Positions 1-10,146 are shown, numbered from the stretch's first letter. The stretch: 64,000 bases of DNA from Clostridia bacterium (GCA_040766025.1 JAXGRH010000001.1:195356-259355), one strand, 5' to 3'. Program-made: numbers and translations. The notes: generated from the letters alone by a model not told the origin.

Positions 1-1046
1 TTTCTTCGCGGGTCACCGAAGAAATTCGATCGAATCCTTTAATTACGCTCGTCGAAGAAGAAGTTGAGTCATTAGAGGCACTCTTGTCGGAGCATAAACT
101 TGTCATCGTCGCCACGGGGCCCTTAACCTCCGGGAAGCTCTACGAATCCATCGAGCGCGTGACAGGGGAGGGGGGCCTTCATTTTTATGACGCCGTCGCC
201 CCCATTGTTGACCCCGACACCATCGATCACGCCCATACCTTCTTGGCCTCGCGCTATGGCAAGGGGGGCGCGGACTATTTGAACTGTCCGATGAACGAAG
301 ACGAATACAAGGCGTTCCGAGAGGCGCTCGTTCATGCCCATAAGGCAGAGGTCCACGATTTTGACGATGTCTATTTCAAAGACTGCCAGCCAATTGAAAC
401 ACTGGCGAGCCGCGGGGAGGACACGATGCGCTTTGGTCCCTTGCGCCCCGTCGGCCTCGTGGATCCTAAAACAGGTAAAAGACCCTACGCCTGCCTGCAG
501 CTTCGTCGAGAAGACCAAGAAGGTGCCATGTGGTCCCTGGTCGGATGCCAGACGCGACTGACCTTCCCTGAACAGCGGCGTGTCTTCGGACTCATCCCCG
601 CGCTTTCTCATGCTTCTTACTTTCGCTACGGCGTCATGCACCGCAACTCTTTTTTGAAGGGACCTTCCGTATTAAAGGAAGGATTAGAAAGCAAGATCCA
701 AGAAGGCCTCTATTTTGCGGGGCAGCTGTCGGGTTTAGAAGGTTATGTGGAGGCCATCGCCTCGGGACTTGTGGCGGCATTTCAGGCCGCCTCCCGCGCC
801 TTGGGCCATGATGAGGAGACCCGGCAAAAGCTTATTCCTGATAAAAAGACGATGATCGGGGCTTTGATCGACTGGGTGACAGCGTCGGAGCCCTCTGACT
901 TCCAGCCGATGAACGCGAACTTCGGCCTTCTGCCGCTCGAAGATCTCGGCGTGCGCGTCAAGAAAAAAGATCGCGGCAATCTACGCATGCAGCGCTCCGA
1001 TCGGAGCCTTCAAAAAACCATGGAGCGGATGGCTCAAGCCTTTTTG
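1..1046 (+). CDS. trmFO: methylenetetrahydrofolate--tRNA-(uracil54-C5)-methyltransferase TrmFO (Gid); 5' end cut by window edge; has no stop codon of its own and runs in frame into queA
   Basis: The frame of ORF 84..2126 is already open from nt 3 (SSRVTEEIRSNPLITLVEEEVESLEALL precedes the first ATG). TrmFO-type blocks seen: VIVATGPLTS, GGADYLNCPM, MRFGPLRPVGL, YACLQLRRED, GCQTRLTFPEQRRVF, FAGQLSGLEGYVEAIASG, DFQPMNANFGLLP. Confidence 0.8.
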
Positions 1047-2126
1047 ATGGATCAAAAGACCGCGTCCTACCATTACTATTTGCCCGACGAACTGATCGCC
1101 CATCATCCGGCTGAACAGCGCGACCATTCGCGTCTTTTAGTGATGCGCAATAATGAATTGGAACACCGCGAATTTTTCGAACTTCCCGCATTATTAAAAC
1201 CCGGCGATTGTTTAGTCGTAAACGACACGCGCGTCCTGCCCGCAAGACTTTTGGGGCACCGCGATCAGACGGGGGGAGCGGTTGAGTTTTTACTTTTGGC
1301 CCCCACCGAACATGACACCTGGCGCGTGCTTGTAAAGCCCGGAAGAAACGCGAAGATCGGCGAACGCATCATCTTTTCAAAAGATATATTGGAAGCCGAT
1401 GTGATCGACATCACAGAAGATGGTTCAAGAATCGTACGTTTTATATACGATAATGACTTTGACACGCTTTTAGAAACGCTCGGAGAGGTGCCCTTGCCGC
1501 CTTATATCCACGAGACTTTAGACGATCCCGAACGCTACCAGACCGTGTATGCCCATCACAAAGGTTCGGCGGCGGCGCCGACCGCTGGACTTCATTTCAC
1601 TGACGAACTTTTGTCCGAGATTGAGGCCATGGGGGTCAAGATCGCAAGACTGACGCTCCATGTCGGCGTGGGGACTTTTCGGCCTGTGAAAGAAAAAATG
1701 ATCACAGATCACGCCATGCACCGTGAGACATTTTCTTTAAACGAAGAGGCCGTTTCAACGATTCTAGAAACCAAGGCCGAAGGCGGGCGCGTGATCGCGG
1801 TGGGGACGACGAGTTGCCGCGTGTTGGAAAGCGTGGCGCACAGGCTTTACGAGGGGACCGGGGAGAAGGACAGCCCCGAGCTCCTTTACCCTTGTATGGG
1901 GGAGACTGAGTTATTTATTTACCCCGGCTTTGATTTTCGTGTGGTGGACTCGATGATCACGAATTTCCATCTGCCGGGTTCCACCCTCCTCATGCTTGTC
2001 TCAGCCTTCATGGGGCGTGAGCGGATGCTTTTTGCCTATCGTACGGCCGTGGATATGAATTACCGCTTCTTTAGTTTTGGAGACGCGATGTTTTTGGAAC
2101 CTGTGGGCGGGAAGGGAAGTGACTGA
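1047..2126 (+). CDS. queA: S-adenosylmethionine:tRNA ribosyltransferase-isomerase QueA (in frame with the preceding trmFO)
   Basis: ATG at 1047 opens a canonical QueA N-terminus (MDQKTASYHYYLPDELIAHHPAEQRDHSRLLV). Further blocks: NDTRVLPARLLG, LPPYIHE, YQTVYA, APTAGLHFT, LHVGVGTFRPV, AVGTTSCRVLES, TNFHLPGSTLLMLVSAF, YRFFSFGDAMF. TGA at 2124-2126. Confidence 0.9.
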   Translation: MDQKTASYHYYLPDELIAHHPAEQRDHSRLLVMRNNELEHREFFELPALLKPGDCLVVNDTRVLPARLLGHRDQTGGAVEFLLLAPTEHDTWRVLVKPGRNAKIGERIIFSKDILEADVIDITEDGSRIVRFIYDNDFDTLLETLGEVPLPPYIHETLDDPERYQTVYAHHKGSAAAPTAGLHFTDELLSEIEAMGVKIARLTLHVGVGTFRPVKEKMITDHAMHRETFSLNEEAVSTILETKAEGGRVIAVGTTSCRVLESVAHRLYEGTGEKDSPELLYPCMGETELFIYPGFDFRVVDSMITNFHLPGSTLLMLVSAFMGRERMLFAYRTAVDMNYRFFSFGDAMFLEPVGGKGSD

Positions 2127-3234
2127 TTTGTCTGCCGTAAGTTATGAGTTGAAACATGTTCGCCAGCAAAGCGGTGCCCGTTACGGCGTAGTCACCACTC
2201 CGCATGGCTCATTTGAGACACCGATCTTCATGCCCGTGGGCACACAGGCAACCGTCAAGACCATGACGCCCGAGGAGTTAAAGACGATCGGGGCCAAGAT
2301 TATTTTGGCAACACCTACCATTCGTGGATGCGCCCGGGACGCGATTGTGCGCCATGGGCGGCCTGCACCGCTTCATGCATTGGGGACTGCCTCTATTTTG
2401 ACAGACAGCGGCGGCTTTCAAATCTTTTCTTTGGCCAAGCCTAAAGACATTGAAGAAGAAGGTGTCCATTTTCGCTCCCATATTGACGGCTCTAAACATT
2501 TTCTCACCCCTGAAAAGTCGATTGCCATCCAGGAGGCTTTGGGCTCGACATCATGATGCAAAGGACGAGTGCACTTCTCGGCTCCGCGGAGGAATCCTAC
2601 GCGAAAGAATCCTTGGAGCGCACGACACGTTGGCTGGAGCGCGCGGTCAAGGTGTGGAGCCAACCTCATAAGCAGTCGCTTTTTGGCATCGTCCAAGGCG
2701 GTACTCTATGAGCATCTGCGCATCCAGAGCGCGAAGGAAATCACCTCTTTGACCTGCCGGGTTACGGCATCGGGGGCCTTCGGTTGGAGAACTGGCGGAA
2801 CTGATGTATGCCATGCTGGAAGCGATCATGCCCTACATGCGCCCAGCGATCGGCCGTTATTCTTCATGGGGGTCGGCTCGCCCGATTACCCGGTAGAAGG
2901 CTCTGTTCGGCGTGGACATGTTTGACTGCGTTTTTCCCACGCGCCTGGCTGCAACGGCACGGCCCTGACATGGGACGGGCGTGTTGTCATACGAAACGCC
3001 CCGCACCGCGAGTCTGACATGCCCCTTGACCTCTTCCTGCGATTGTTATGTCTGCCAAAATTACTCATGGGCCTATTCCGCACCATTTGATCCGGAGCGG
3101 TGAGATTTTAGACTCCGCCTTTTGTCCCGGCATAACCTGCTTTGGATGCAACTGATGGAAAAATACGCCAGGCCATTAAAGAGGATCGCCTCTTATCCTA
3201 TCGTGATGAGTTTTTTATGCGTTATCGCGTTTAA
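2119..3234 (+). pseudogene. tgt: queuine tRNA-ribosyltransferase Tgt, multiply frameshifted
   Basis: Tgt blocks are spread over all three + frames. They include TPHGSFETPIFMPVGTQATVKTM, ILTDSGGFQIFSL, EEGVHFRSHIDGSKHFLTPEKS, ESLERTTRWLERAVK, LFGIVQGG, PLFFMGVGSPDYPVEG and GVDMFDCVFPTRLA, ending EFFMRYRV-TAA (3232-3234). The segment ILATPTIRGCARDAIVRHGRPAPLHALGTAS is an out-of-frame reading of the expected ILANTYH.W.RPG...GGLH.FM.W block. ORF track fragments: 2077..2556 and 2569..2925. Confidence 0.85.
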
Positions 3235-3365
3235 AGCTTACGAAATACAAAATTTATGTTAAACTCATTGTGGTTCGGCGCATCGTCCGACCCTCTGATA
3301 TTGAACTCAAGGAGGATCATCATGACTCAATCCCTTTGCTGCTTGCAGCGGCCCCGGCTGATCCG
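3213..3365 (+). repeat. direct repeat copy 1 (153 bp): tgt 3' end + tgt-yajC spacer + first 45 nt of yajC; left flank of the IS
   Basis: Matches 5378..5532 base for base except at two sites (ACTCAA here versus ACCTTAA there). Carries a frameshifted yajC start (ATGACTCAATCCCTTTGCTGC...). Confidence 0.95.
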
Positions 3366-3457
3366 CCCTACTTTTACAGTAATCTAAGATAGAGTACCCG
3401 ATCTCCTTATGTACCACCGCGTGCTGTTTTTTTCGTCAAATTAGATACGTATCTGTG

Positions 3458-3486
3458 TTGCGAATAGTAATGGATTGTGGTATAAT
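3458..3486 (+). promoter_or_regulatory. sigma-70/SigA-type promoter of the IS transposase gene
   Basis: TTGCGA (3458-3463), 17-nt spacer, TATAAT (3481-3486) with TG at -15/-14. Followed by RBS GAAGGGAGGG and ATG at 3510. Confidence 0.6.
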
Positions 3487-3509
3487 GACTCCGAAGGGAG
3501 GGTCATCCA

Positions 3510-5284
3510 ATGGATCTAAAAGCCTACCAAGCAACAAAACGGACGTATCAATCTTGCCTTAGTCCATGGCCGTCGGGATCCTGACACCAAAAAGGTCCGA
3601 CAAAGGCGGTAGAAAACTTTGGCTATGTCGACGAATACGAGTTATTGTGGCCGAAGATCCCATCGCCCACTTTAAAGCCGTCGCCAAAGAACGCACGGAG
3701 AAGCGCTCTGAAGAAAAGCGTGAAAAGAGAACTCCCCTCGGCACGATCTCTTTTGATGAGGCGCTGGAGGTGGGCGAGGATGCCCTGGAAGCCAGGCAAT
3801 ATCCCCCTTGAGTTCCATCTACCATGAATTCCGGCATGCACCATTTCTTTAATAATCGCCAACGTAGCCTGAAGATGGACTATTCCCTCAATGACGTCAG
3901 CGCAGCTTTTGGTCTACACGTCTCTTAAGTCCCGGCTCAAAGCGACACAGCTTCGCACAAAAGGACAAGCTCGCCGGTACGTACCGATGCGATGCGTACG
4001 ATGTCTATCGCGCCTCGCTGATTATTTGACCGTCGTATGCGCTTCCTGTTACACCTGCATGAGCAGGTCACCGCCCGCTACCAGCGTCGAACAAATGTCG
4101 TATTTTTACGATGACGAATTTTTACTTTGAGATCGACCAAGAAGATGACTTACGCAAAAAAGGCATGTGTAAACATAACACCTGCAAAACCCTTAGTCCA
4201 GATGGGACTCCTATTAGATGAAGAGGCCATCCCGCATTACCTACCAACTTTTTGTATAATCTATGACTCTCAGACCCCAATGCCGATCCTCCAAGAAACA
4301 CGTCAGGCGTACGGGTTGGGTCAATTACTATTACGGTGGCGGACAAAGGGATCAACAGCGGCGATAACATTGCCTTTTTAATGGTTAAGGGGGACAGTTT
4401 ATCTTTTCACAAAAGATCCGAGGGGCGGATCGGGAGTTACAAGCGTATGTACTCGACAGGACAGGCCACTAGGCGACCTGGGGCGCGGGTGAAGCATTCT
4501 GGATGCTTTTATGGACGCGCAAGACGAAAACACATCCTGTCTTCTACATGAAATCAAGACTCTACCCGCAAACGTTCTGGGTCACCTATCATGACGACAA
4601 GAAACGCAAAATCCCTTGATGTCCGCCAGATTGTTCAAAGTTGGTAACGATCTTTACGCCCAACGTCAGAAGTTGATAAGCGGCTGAGGTGTTAGACAAG
4701 GCCGGAAAAGATTATCGCTCATCCCAGAGCGTACAACAAGAAGGATGTGGCGTTACGCTACATCAAAGACATTGAATACGATCCTTTGACCGGAGAATGC
4801 ATCGAGACTAAGAAGAAACCTTATCTGGATCTGGACAAAATCAAAGAAGATGAAAAGTACGACGGGTACTATGTCATCATCACAAGCGAGATGGACATGC
4901 CGCCTTTAGAGGTGGTCAAGGCCTACCACGGGCTTTGGGAGATTGAGCACAGCTTCAGGATCACGAAGACGGACTTGGCGACACGGCCTGTCGAGGTGTC
5001 TTTGGAACAAAGGATCCGGGCCCATTTTCTGACGTGCTAGCACGCTTCTTCATCTTACGGCTTATGCAAGCGGCTCAATAACCAATACAGCCCCGGAAGA
5101 GTGGGTCATCCGGTCGTTAAGGCAGTACCAGGCTTGCAGCATGGTCGAGAACTGCTTTCGGGTGACTTACTATGACGACTTATTGAAGGATTTGGGCGAA
5201 GCGTTGAACTTGTCCTTGGATCGCAAATACTTAACGGTCGGTGGTTTACGAAAACTAGTCGGAGCGAGCAAACGTAAGTTCTAA
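3510..5284 (+). pseudogene. IS1634-family transposase, full length but with many frameshifts
   Basis: Family-typical blocks in different frames: RDPDTKKVRQ..ENFGYVDEYELLWP / DPIAHFKAVAKE (N-terminus); FYFEIDQEDDLRKKG, VQMGLLLDEEAIP, VADKGINSGDNIAFL (DDE core); YDGYYVIITSE, VVKAYHGLWEIEHSFRITKTDLATRPVEV, RIRAHFLTC; tail YYDDLLKDLGEALNLSLDRKYLTVGGLRKLVGASKRKF-TAA (5282-5284). Confidence 0.7.
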
Positions 5285-5312
5285 CATACAACACTCTTCG
5301 GAAATGCATTAA

Positions 5313-5356
5313 CCCCTGTAATGACGCTGTATACGCGATTACAGGGGTTTTTCTCG
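5313..5356 (+). terminator. rho-independent terminator inside the IS right end
   Basis: 10-bp stem CCCCTGTAAT (5313-5322) / ATTACAGGGG (5338-5347) followed by TTTTTCTCGTTTTT. Confidence 0.7.
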
Positions 5357-5377
5357 TTTTTAACTGTAAAAGTCAAG

Positions 5378-5532
5378 TTTTATGCGTTATCGCGTTTAAA
5401 GCTTACGAAATACAAAATTTATGTTAAACTCATTGTGGTTCGGCGCATCGTCCGACCCTCTGATATTGAACCTTAAGGAGGATCATCATGACCTTAATCC
5501 CTTTGCTGCTTGCAGCGGCCCCGGCTGATCCG
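5378..5532 (+). repeat. direct repeat copy 2 (155 bp): right flank of the IS; contains the functional yajC upstream region and start
   Basis: See copy 1. This copy keeps yajC in frame. Confidence 0.95.
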
Positions 5533-5835
5533 GAAGGACAAGGCGGAGGCATTCTGAGTCTGCTTTACACCATGTTGCCGTTTATTCTCATCGTCGGCGT
5601 CATGTACTTTTTTACCATCCGTCCGCAGAAGAAGCGCGAGAAGAAGTTGAAAGAAACCATCGCGGCGATGAAACCGGGCGATAAAGTGATGTCCATCGGC
5701 GGCATTGTCGGTCGAGTGGCGAATATCGCAGATGATGAAGTGACCATTTACTCGGGGGTGGCCAACACCATGCTTACTTTCAAAAAGTCGGCCATCAGCA
5801 CGGTATTCCCGAGAGAGTCTGAAATCGAAGAATAA
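5488..5835 (+). CDS. yajC: preprotein translocase subunit YajC
   Basis: RBS AAGGAGG 7 nt upstream of the ATG. One TM segment followed by FFTIRPQKKREKK...MKPGDKVMSIGGIVGRV. Classical queA-tgt-yajC order. Confidence 0.85.
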   Translation: MTLIPLLLAAAPADPEGQGGGILSLLYTMLPFILIVGVMYFFTIRPQKKREKKLKETIAAMKPGDKVMSIGGIVGRVANIADDEVTIYSGVANTMLTFKKSAISTVFPRESEIEE

Positions 5836-5978
5836 TTCCTTTTTGGCCCTTTTGTCAGACAACGGCGCGTTGCCTTAGGGTGGCGGGCCGTTTTGACTTT
5901 CACTGATGTCGTATAATAGAAGGGCGCAACACTTGATCCCGGCGTCATGGACGCCAAGATAAGGGAGTTATTGCTTCA

Positions 5979-7958
5979 TTGGGACTGATTTCACGACATA
6001 GCATAGACGCGGTAGTCGAGGCAAATGACATCGTAGAGGTTGTTTCCTCCTATGTGACGCTCGACAAAAAGAGTGCGTTGAATCACTTCGGACTCTGCCC
6101 CTTCCACGAGGAGAAAACGCCTTCTTTCAGCGTGTCTCCCGGGAAGCAGATCTTCTATTGTTTTGGCTGCCAAAAGGGCGGCAATGTCATTAAGTTCATC
6201 CAGGAAATCGAACACCTGTCCTACCCTGAGGCCATTCGCTTTTTGGCCGAACGCGCAGGGGTTGCCATTGAAGAGACAGAAGACGACGAATGGAAAGAGC
6301 GCTATTCAAAAAGACAAAAGGCCTATGAAGCTTTAAATGAAGCGGCAGGCTTCTATTACCGGTCACTTGAAAGTGATCAGGGAAGTGAAGCCCGAGACTA
6401 CCTTGCCCGCCGCGGTGTCGACCGCCGACTGTACCGTCGCTACGGCCTGGGCTATGCACCCTCTAAAGGCGACAGCCTGTACCGTCACTTAAAAGCGAAG
6501 GGCATTTCTGATGAGGCGATGCTTGACGCGGGATTAATCCTGCCCTCTCAGCGACAAGATAACAGCTTCTACGATTTTTTCAGACATCGCGTGATGTTCC
6601 CCATCATTGACACGGCCGGTCGGGTACTCGCCTTTGGCGGCCGCGCCATGGTAGACAAAGGTCCGAAATACATCAACAGCTCGGAAACGCTCGTGTACCA
6701 CAAGGGGCGCCATCTGTTCGGCATGCCTCAGGCGGCAAAATCGGAGTCCCATGCCTTTTTATTAGTCGAAGGCTATATGGATGTACTGGCCCTTGCCCGG
6801 GCGGGGATTACATCTGCGGTGGCACCTTTGGGAACCGCGTTAACCGCCTACCAGGCGAAATTGATCGGACGTTACAAGGAGGCGGTGTCCATCTTAATGG
6901 ACAGCGACCGCGCGGGCATTGAAGCCGCTTTGCGCGCCGGCGAGCGCCTGGATGAGGCCGGCATCCGCTCACGCTACATCCTGTTAAAGGGGGCCAAAGA
7001 CCCCGATGACTACCTTCAATTATTCGGACGTGAGCGCCTTCTGGCCGCCCTGGATGAGACCTATGACCGCACAGGCTACCGCCTTGCCTTATTGAAGCAG
7101 CAGACCGAGGATTCAATCGGCGTGCCCAAGAGGGATTACCGTGACAAGGCGCTTGATCTGCTCGCCCAGGAACCAGACAGTACGAGGCGTGAGCTGTACG
7201 GCGGCCACTTATCCAAGGAATTGCACATCAGCCGGCGCGCGGTCACCGAAGAGATTGAGCGGCGGCGCAATCTGTTGCAAAAAGAGGAAAGGACCGCATC
7301 AAAGCAAGAGGAAGTCAGCCCCGTGAAAGGCGCGAAAAAAAAAGATCCGTCCATGCCCACTGCCCTTGAACTAACGCTTTTGGTCATGTTGGCGAACAAT
7401 AACCGCCTGGTCGATCTCGGGCCCAATCTGCAAAAGGAATTGCCGGAAGGCTACGCCCTAAATGACGAGGTGCGGGAATTATTAATGTCGGACGCGCTTT
7501 TGTCGGGGATCACGGAAAGCGATTTCAACGGCACTTTTACCCAAGGCATCGCGGCCCAAAGCATCCGGGACGCAGTTGACGGAATATTGACAGCAGCCTC
7601 GTTGCACACTATAGTGGATAACATTCTGGTCCATGACGAAAAGGAAGATGAACCGGGAAAGAATCAAGAGAACGATAACGATCCTGATCGGGTCCATTCA
7701 GCCATCCAGCAGCAATTCCACGCGATCGAAGAAAGCAGGCTATCACCTGAGGCGGAAAGGCGAGTCTATCAGCAAAAACTCTCCAAACAACGCCTGGTGA
7801 ACTGGAGAAGAGAAGCATCGCGATTGAATGAAATGGCAAGGGAACTTGAGCTTGAAGGGCAAGATGAGGACGCGGGAGAATATTATGAGCGCGCGGCGAC
7901 ATTAACAACAGCCGCATTTGCGTATCGAATGATGTTGCGGGGGGAAGAACGACTGTGA
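5979..7958 (+). CDS. dnaG: DNA primase DnaG
   Basis: Zinc finger [13 protein letters not shown]...[18 protein letters not shown]-polymerase core [21 protein letters not shown] ... DSDRAG. Start is TTG at 5979, so the exact start is uncertain. Confidence 0.9.
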   Translation: MGLISRHSIDAVVEANDIVEVVSSYVTLDKKSALNHFGLCPFHEEKTPSFSVSPGKQIFYCFGCQKGGNVIKFIQEIEHLSYPEAIRFLAERAGVAIEETEDDEWKERYSKRQKAYEALNEAAGFYYRSLESDQGSEARDYLARRGVDRRLYRRYGLGYAPSKGDSLYRHLKAKGISDEAMLDAGLILPSQRQDNSFYDFFRHRVMFPIIDTAGRVLAFGGRAMVDKGPKYINSSETLVYHKGRHLFGMPQAAKSESHAFLLVEGYMDVLALARAGITSAVAPLGTALTAYQAKLIGRYKEAVSILMDSDRAGIEAALRAGERLDEAGIRSRYILLKGAKDPDDYLQLFGRERLLAALDETYDRTGYRLALLKQQTEDSIGVPKRDYRDKALDLLAQEPDSTRRELYGGHLSKELHISRRAVTEEIERRRNLLQKEERTASKQEEVSPVKGAKKKDPSMPTALELTLLVMLANNNRLVDLGPNLQKELPEGYALNDEVRELLMSDALLSGITESDFNGTFTQGIAAQSIRDAVDGILTAASLHTIVDNILVHDEKEDEPGKNQENDNDPDRVHSAIQQQFHAIEESRLSPEAERRVYQQKLSKQRLVNWRREASRLNEMARELELEGQDEDAGEYYERAATLTTAAFAYRMMLRGEERL

Positions 7959-9427
7959 ACGATTATAAAGATGAATTGAATTTAGATAGCTGGCGTACGG
8001 CGGCGGCGCGGACGGTGTCCATGATGACCGGCCTTTTGCATCTGCCCGAAGCCGGGGACGGCCCGGGGGCCACACCGGCCATGCCGTCCGAGATGATGTC
8101 GCTGAACCACTACAAGACACAAGGCGATGCTCTTAATGTCACTTCAGAGGATGAACTCGAACTAAAGCTTGAGAAGATTTTCGAGGAAGAATCCACAAAG
8201 CCGGTGTTAGAAGAAGTCGAGGACTTAGACGCTGATTTTTCAGACGGCGAAGAAGAGACCCTCGACGACAGCCTGTACGAAAAAGAAGAAGAGGATCTTG
8301 ACGACGAAGATGAGGATGAGGTCGATGAAGAGATGCTGTTAGAGCGCATCGGCGACATCGACATCGATCTGGCCGTCATTTACCCTCTGATCCATCACGG
8401 AAAAGACAATGACAACGAACTCGAGCAGCAGGATATCCTCGATTACTTAGAGCGCATTAAATGGGACGAGGAGCGTTTGGAAGATGTCATCGTCATGCTC
8501 GAACGCGCGGGTATTGAGGTGATCGACGAGGATGAAGTCGAGCGCGAAATGCGCGAGCGCGACCGCAATAAGAAGGCGGAGGCCTTTAACGACGCCATGA
8601 TCGTGGACGACCCTGTGCGCATGTATCTGAAAGAGATCGGCAAGGTCGAACTTTTGACGGCGGATGAGGAAAAAGAACTGGCCGCGCGCATGGAAGCCGG
8701 GGACTGGGCCGCTAAACAGCATTTGATCGAGGCGAACCTCCGATTGGTCGTCAGCATCGCCAAACGCTACACAGGACGGGGCATGCATTTTCTGGACCTT
8801 ATCCAAGAGGGCAACTTGGGGCTCATCAAGGCGGTCGACAAATTCGACTACACCAAGGGCTTTAAGTTCAGCACCTATGCTACCTGGTGGATCCGCCAGG
8901 CTATTACACGCGCCATCGCCGACCAGGCGAGAACGATCCGTATCCCGGTGCATATGGTGGAGACGATCAACAAACTGATCCGCATCCAGCGCCAGCTGGT
9001 GCAGGAATTGGGCCGTGAACCTGAGGTGGAAGAGATCGCGGCCGAGATGGATCTCACACCCGATAAGATCCGTGAAATCATGAAGATCTCCCAGGAACCT
9101 GTGTCGCTTGAAAAACCGATCGGTGAGGAAGAAGACAGTCATCTGGGCGATTTTATCCCCGATGAAGACGCGCCGTCGCCGGCCGATCAGGCGGCGTCCA
9201 CCCTGTTAAAAGAAGAGTTGACTAAGGTGCTGTCAGGACTCACCCCAAGAGAAGAGAAGGTGCTTCGCCTGCGCTTTGGCTTGGATGACGGCCGTACGAG
9301 GACTTTAGAAGAAGTGGGGCTTGAGTTTGACGTGACGCGCGAGCGCATCCGCCAGATTGAAGCCAAGGCCCTAAGAAAGATGCGCGGCCCCAACATGAGC
9401 GCGAGACTTCGCGAATACCTAGAATAA
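7955..9427 (+). CDS. rpoD: primary RNA polymerase sigma factor RpoD/SigA with long acidic N-terminal region
   Basis: [103 protein letters not shown] start overlaps the dnaG stop (GTGA). Confidence 0.92.
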   Translation: MNDYKDELNLDSWRTAAARTVSMMTGLLHLPEAGDGPGATPAMPSEMMSLNHYKTQGDALNVTSEDELELKLEKIFEEESTKPVLEEVEDLDADFSDGEEETLDDSLYEKEEEDLDDEDEDEVDEEMLLERIGDIDIDLAVIYPLIHHGKDNDNELEQQDILDYLERIKWDEERLEDVIVMLERAGIEVIDEDEVEREMRERDRNKKAEAFNDAMIVDDPVRMYLKEIGKVELLTADEEKELAARMEAGDWAAKQHLIEANLRLVVSIAKRYTGRGMHFLDLIQEGNLGLIKAVDKFDYTKGFKFSTYATWWIRQAITRAIADQARTIRIPVHMVETINKLIRIQRQLVQELGREPEVEEIAAEMDLTPDKIREIMKISQEPVSLEKPIGEEEDSHLGDFIPDEDAPSPADQAASTLLKEELTKVLSGLTPREEKVLRLRFGLDDGRTRTLEEVGLEFDVTRERIRQIEAKALRKMRGPNMSARLREYLE

Positions 9428-10146
9428 TGGAGGGGAGACTCGGGCTCCTTTATCAACTGGTGCGTGAGGCCCAGGGCTACCGTCTTGTCGACATCGGCTC
9501 AGATCACGCAACCGTCCCGATTGAATTACTAAAAAGCGGCGCCATTTCCCAAGTGCTTGTCACCGATGTGCGAAAGGCGCCGCTTCTTGTAGCCCAAAAA
9601 CGTGCCAAAGATGAAAGGATCACCCGTGGTTTTGCGTCGCAGTTGACAGACGGTCTGCAGGATGTAGATTTACAAAATGAGGATGTCGTGCTCATCAGCG
9701 GCATGGGCGGGGAGACGATCGCCCGTATCTTGGAAAATGACCGGGATAAACTCCATTTTCCCAAACGCTTTATATTGCAGCCTCAAAGCAAGGAGGAAGT
9801 GTTAAGGCAGACACTCGCTGCGCTTTCTTTTGATATCCGAGAAGAACATTTAATCGAGGATGAAGATCAGCTGTACCTGGTCATCGTATGCGAAAAAGAA
9901 GATAAAACCCAATTGAAAGAGGATCCGTTGGATTATTTTTTTGGCCCCCGCATTTTACAAAAACTAAGAAGCTTTGAAAATGAGCGTCACGCAATGGATC
10001 CAACATACCGGCTTTATGTTAAAAGGCGGCTTCGCCGACTTATGAAAGCCTCCCCCTATGATCCTTCTTCTTTGGAACTGTTGGAACAATTTAAAGATCG
10101 GTTTGAAGCGGACAAGTTCGTTTCGTATAATGATGTAGATCAATGA
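9427..10146 (+). CDS. trmK: tRNA (adenine22-N1)-methyltransferase TrmK-like
   Basis: VDIGSDHATVPIELLKSG, VTDVRKAPL, ISGMGGETIARIL, FILQPQ. Position directly after rpoD, as for B. subtilis yqfN. Confidence 0.65.
   Translation: MEGRLGLLYQLVREAQGYRLVDIGSDHATVPIELLKSGAISQVLVTDVRKAPLLVAQKRAKDERITRGFASQLTDGLQDVDLQNEDVVLISGMGGETIARILENDRDKLHFPKRFILQPQSKEEVLRQTLAALSFDIREEHLIEDEDQLYLVIVCEKEDKTQLKEDPLDYFFGPRILQKLRSFENERHAMDPTYRLYVKRRLRRLMKASPYDPSSLELLEQFKDRFEADKFVSYNDVDQ

Larger units (their letters stand above)
3366..5377 (+). mobile_element. degenerate IS1634-family (IS4-like DDE) insertion sequence, about 2.0 kb
   Basis: Terminal inverted repeat ACTTTTACAGT at 3370-3380 and its reverse complement at 5363-5373. 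One long transposase reading (3510-5284), now broken into many frames. Flanked by a 153/155-bp direct duplication of the target. Confidence 0.75.

Noticed and set aside
84-86. ATG at 84 as the start of a complete 680-aa gene.
   Set aside because: The same frame is open back to nt 3 and encodes TrmFO-like sequence. The gene is truncated by the window edge, and its N-terminal FAD-binding domain is missing.
3323-3380. Apparent small gene starting ATGACTCAATCC with a perfect RBS.
   Set aside because: It is the duplicated, frameshifted first 45 nt of yajC inside direct-repeat copy 1, and it runs into the IS end. It is not an independent gene.
5836-5978. Putative promoter TTGACT...TATAAT upstream of dnaG.
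   Set aside because: The spacer between the two hexamers is only 13 nt, too short for a functional sigma-A promoter. It is not reported as a feature.
8140-8360. Repetitive GAA/GAT/GAG-rich DNA that could be mistaken for a tandem repeat or CRISPR-like array.
   Set aside because: It is the acidic N-terminal region of RpoD ([16 protein letters not shown]...). This is codon-level low complexity with no repeat-spacer periodicity. No CRISPR array was seen anywhere in the window.
8447-9142. 231-aa ORF antisense to rpoD. Similar long antisense ORFs occur at 18456..19376 (306 aa), 26964..27434, 46675..47253, 49837..50463 and 50307..50813.
   Set aside because: Each lies entirely opposite a strongly supported conserved gene (rpoD, the oxidoreductase, oppD, nifU/aminopeptidase, glyA). 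They have low-complexity or Arg/His-rich composition and no recognisable motifs. They are typical shadow ORFs.
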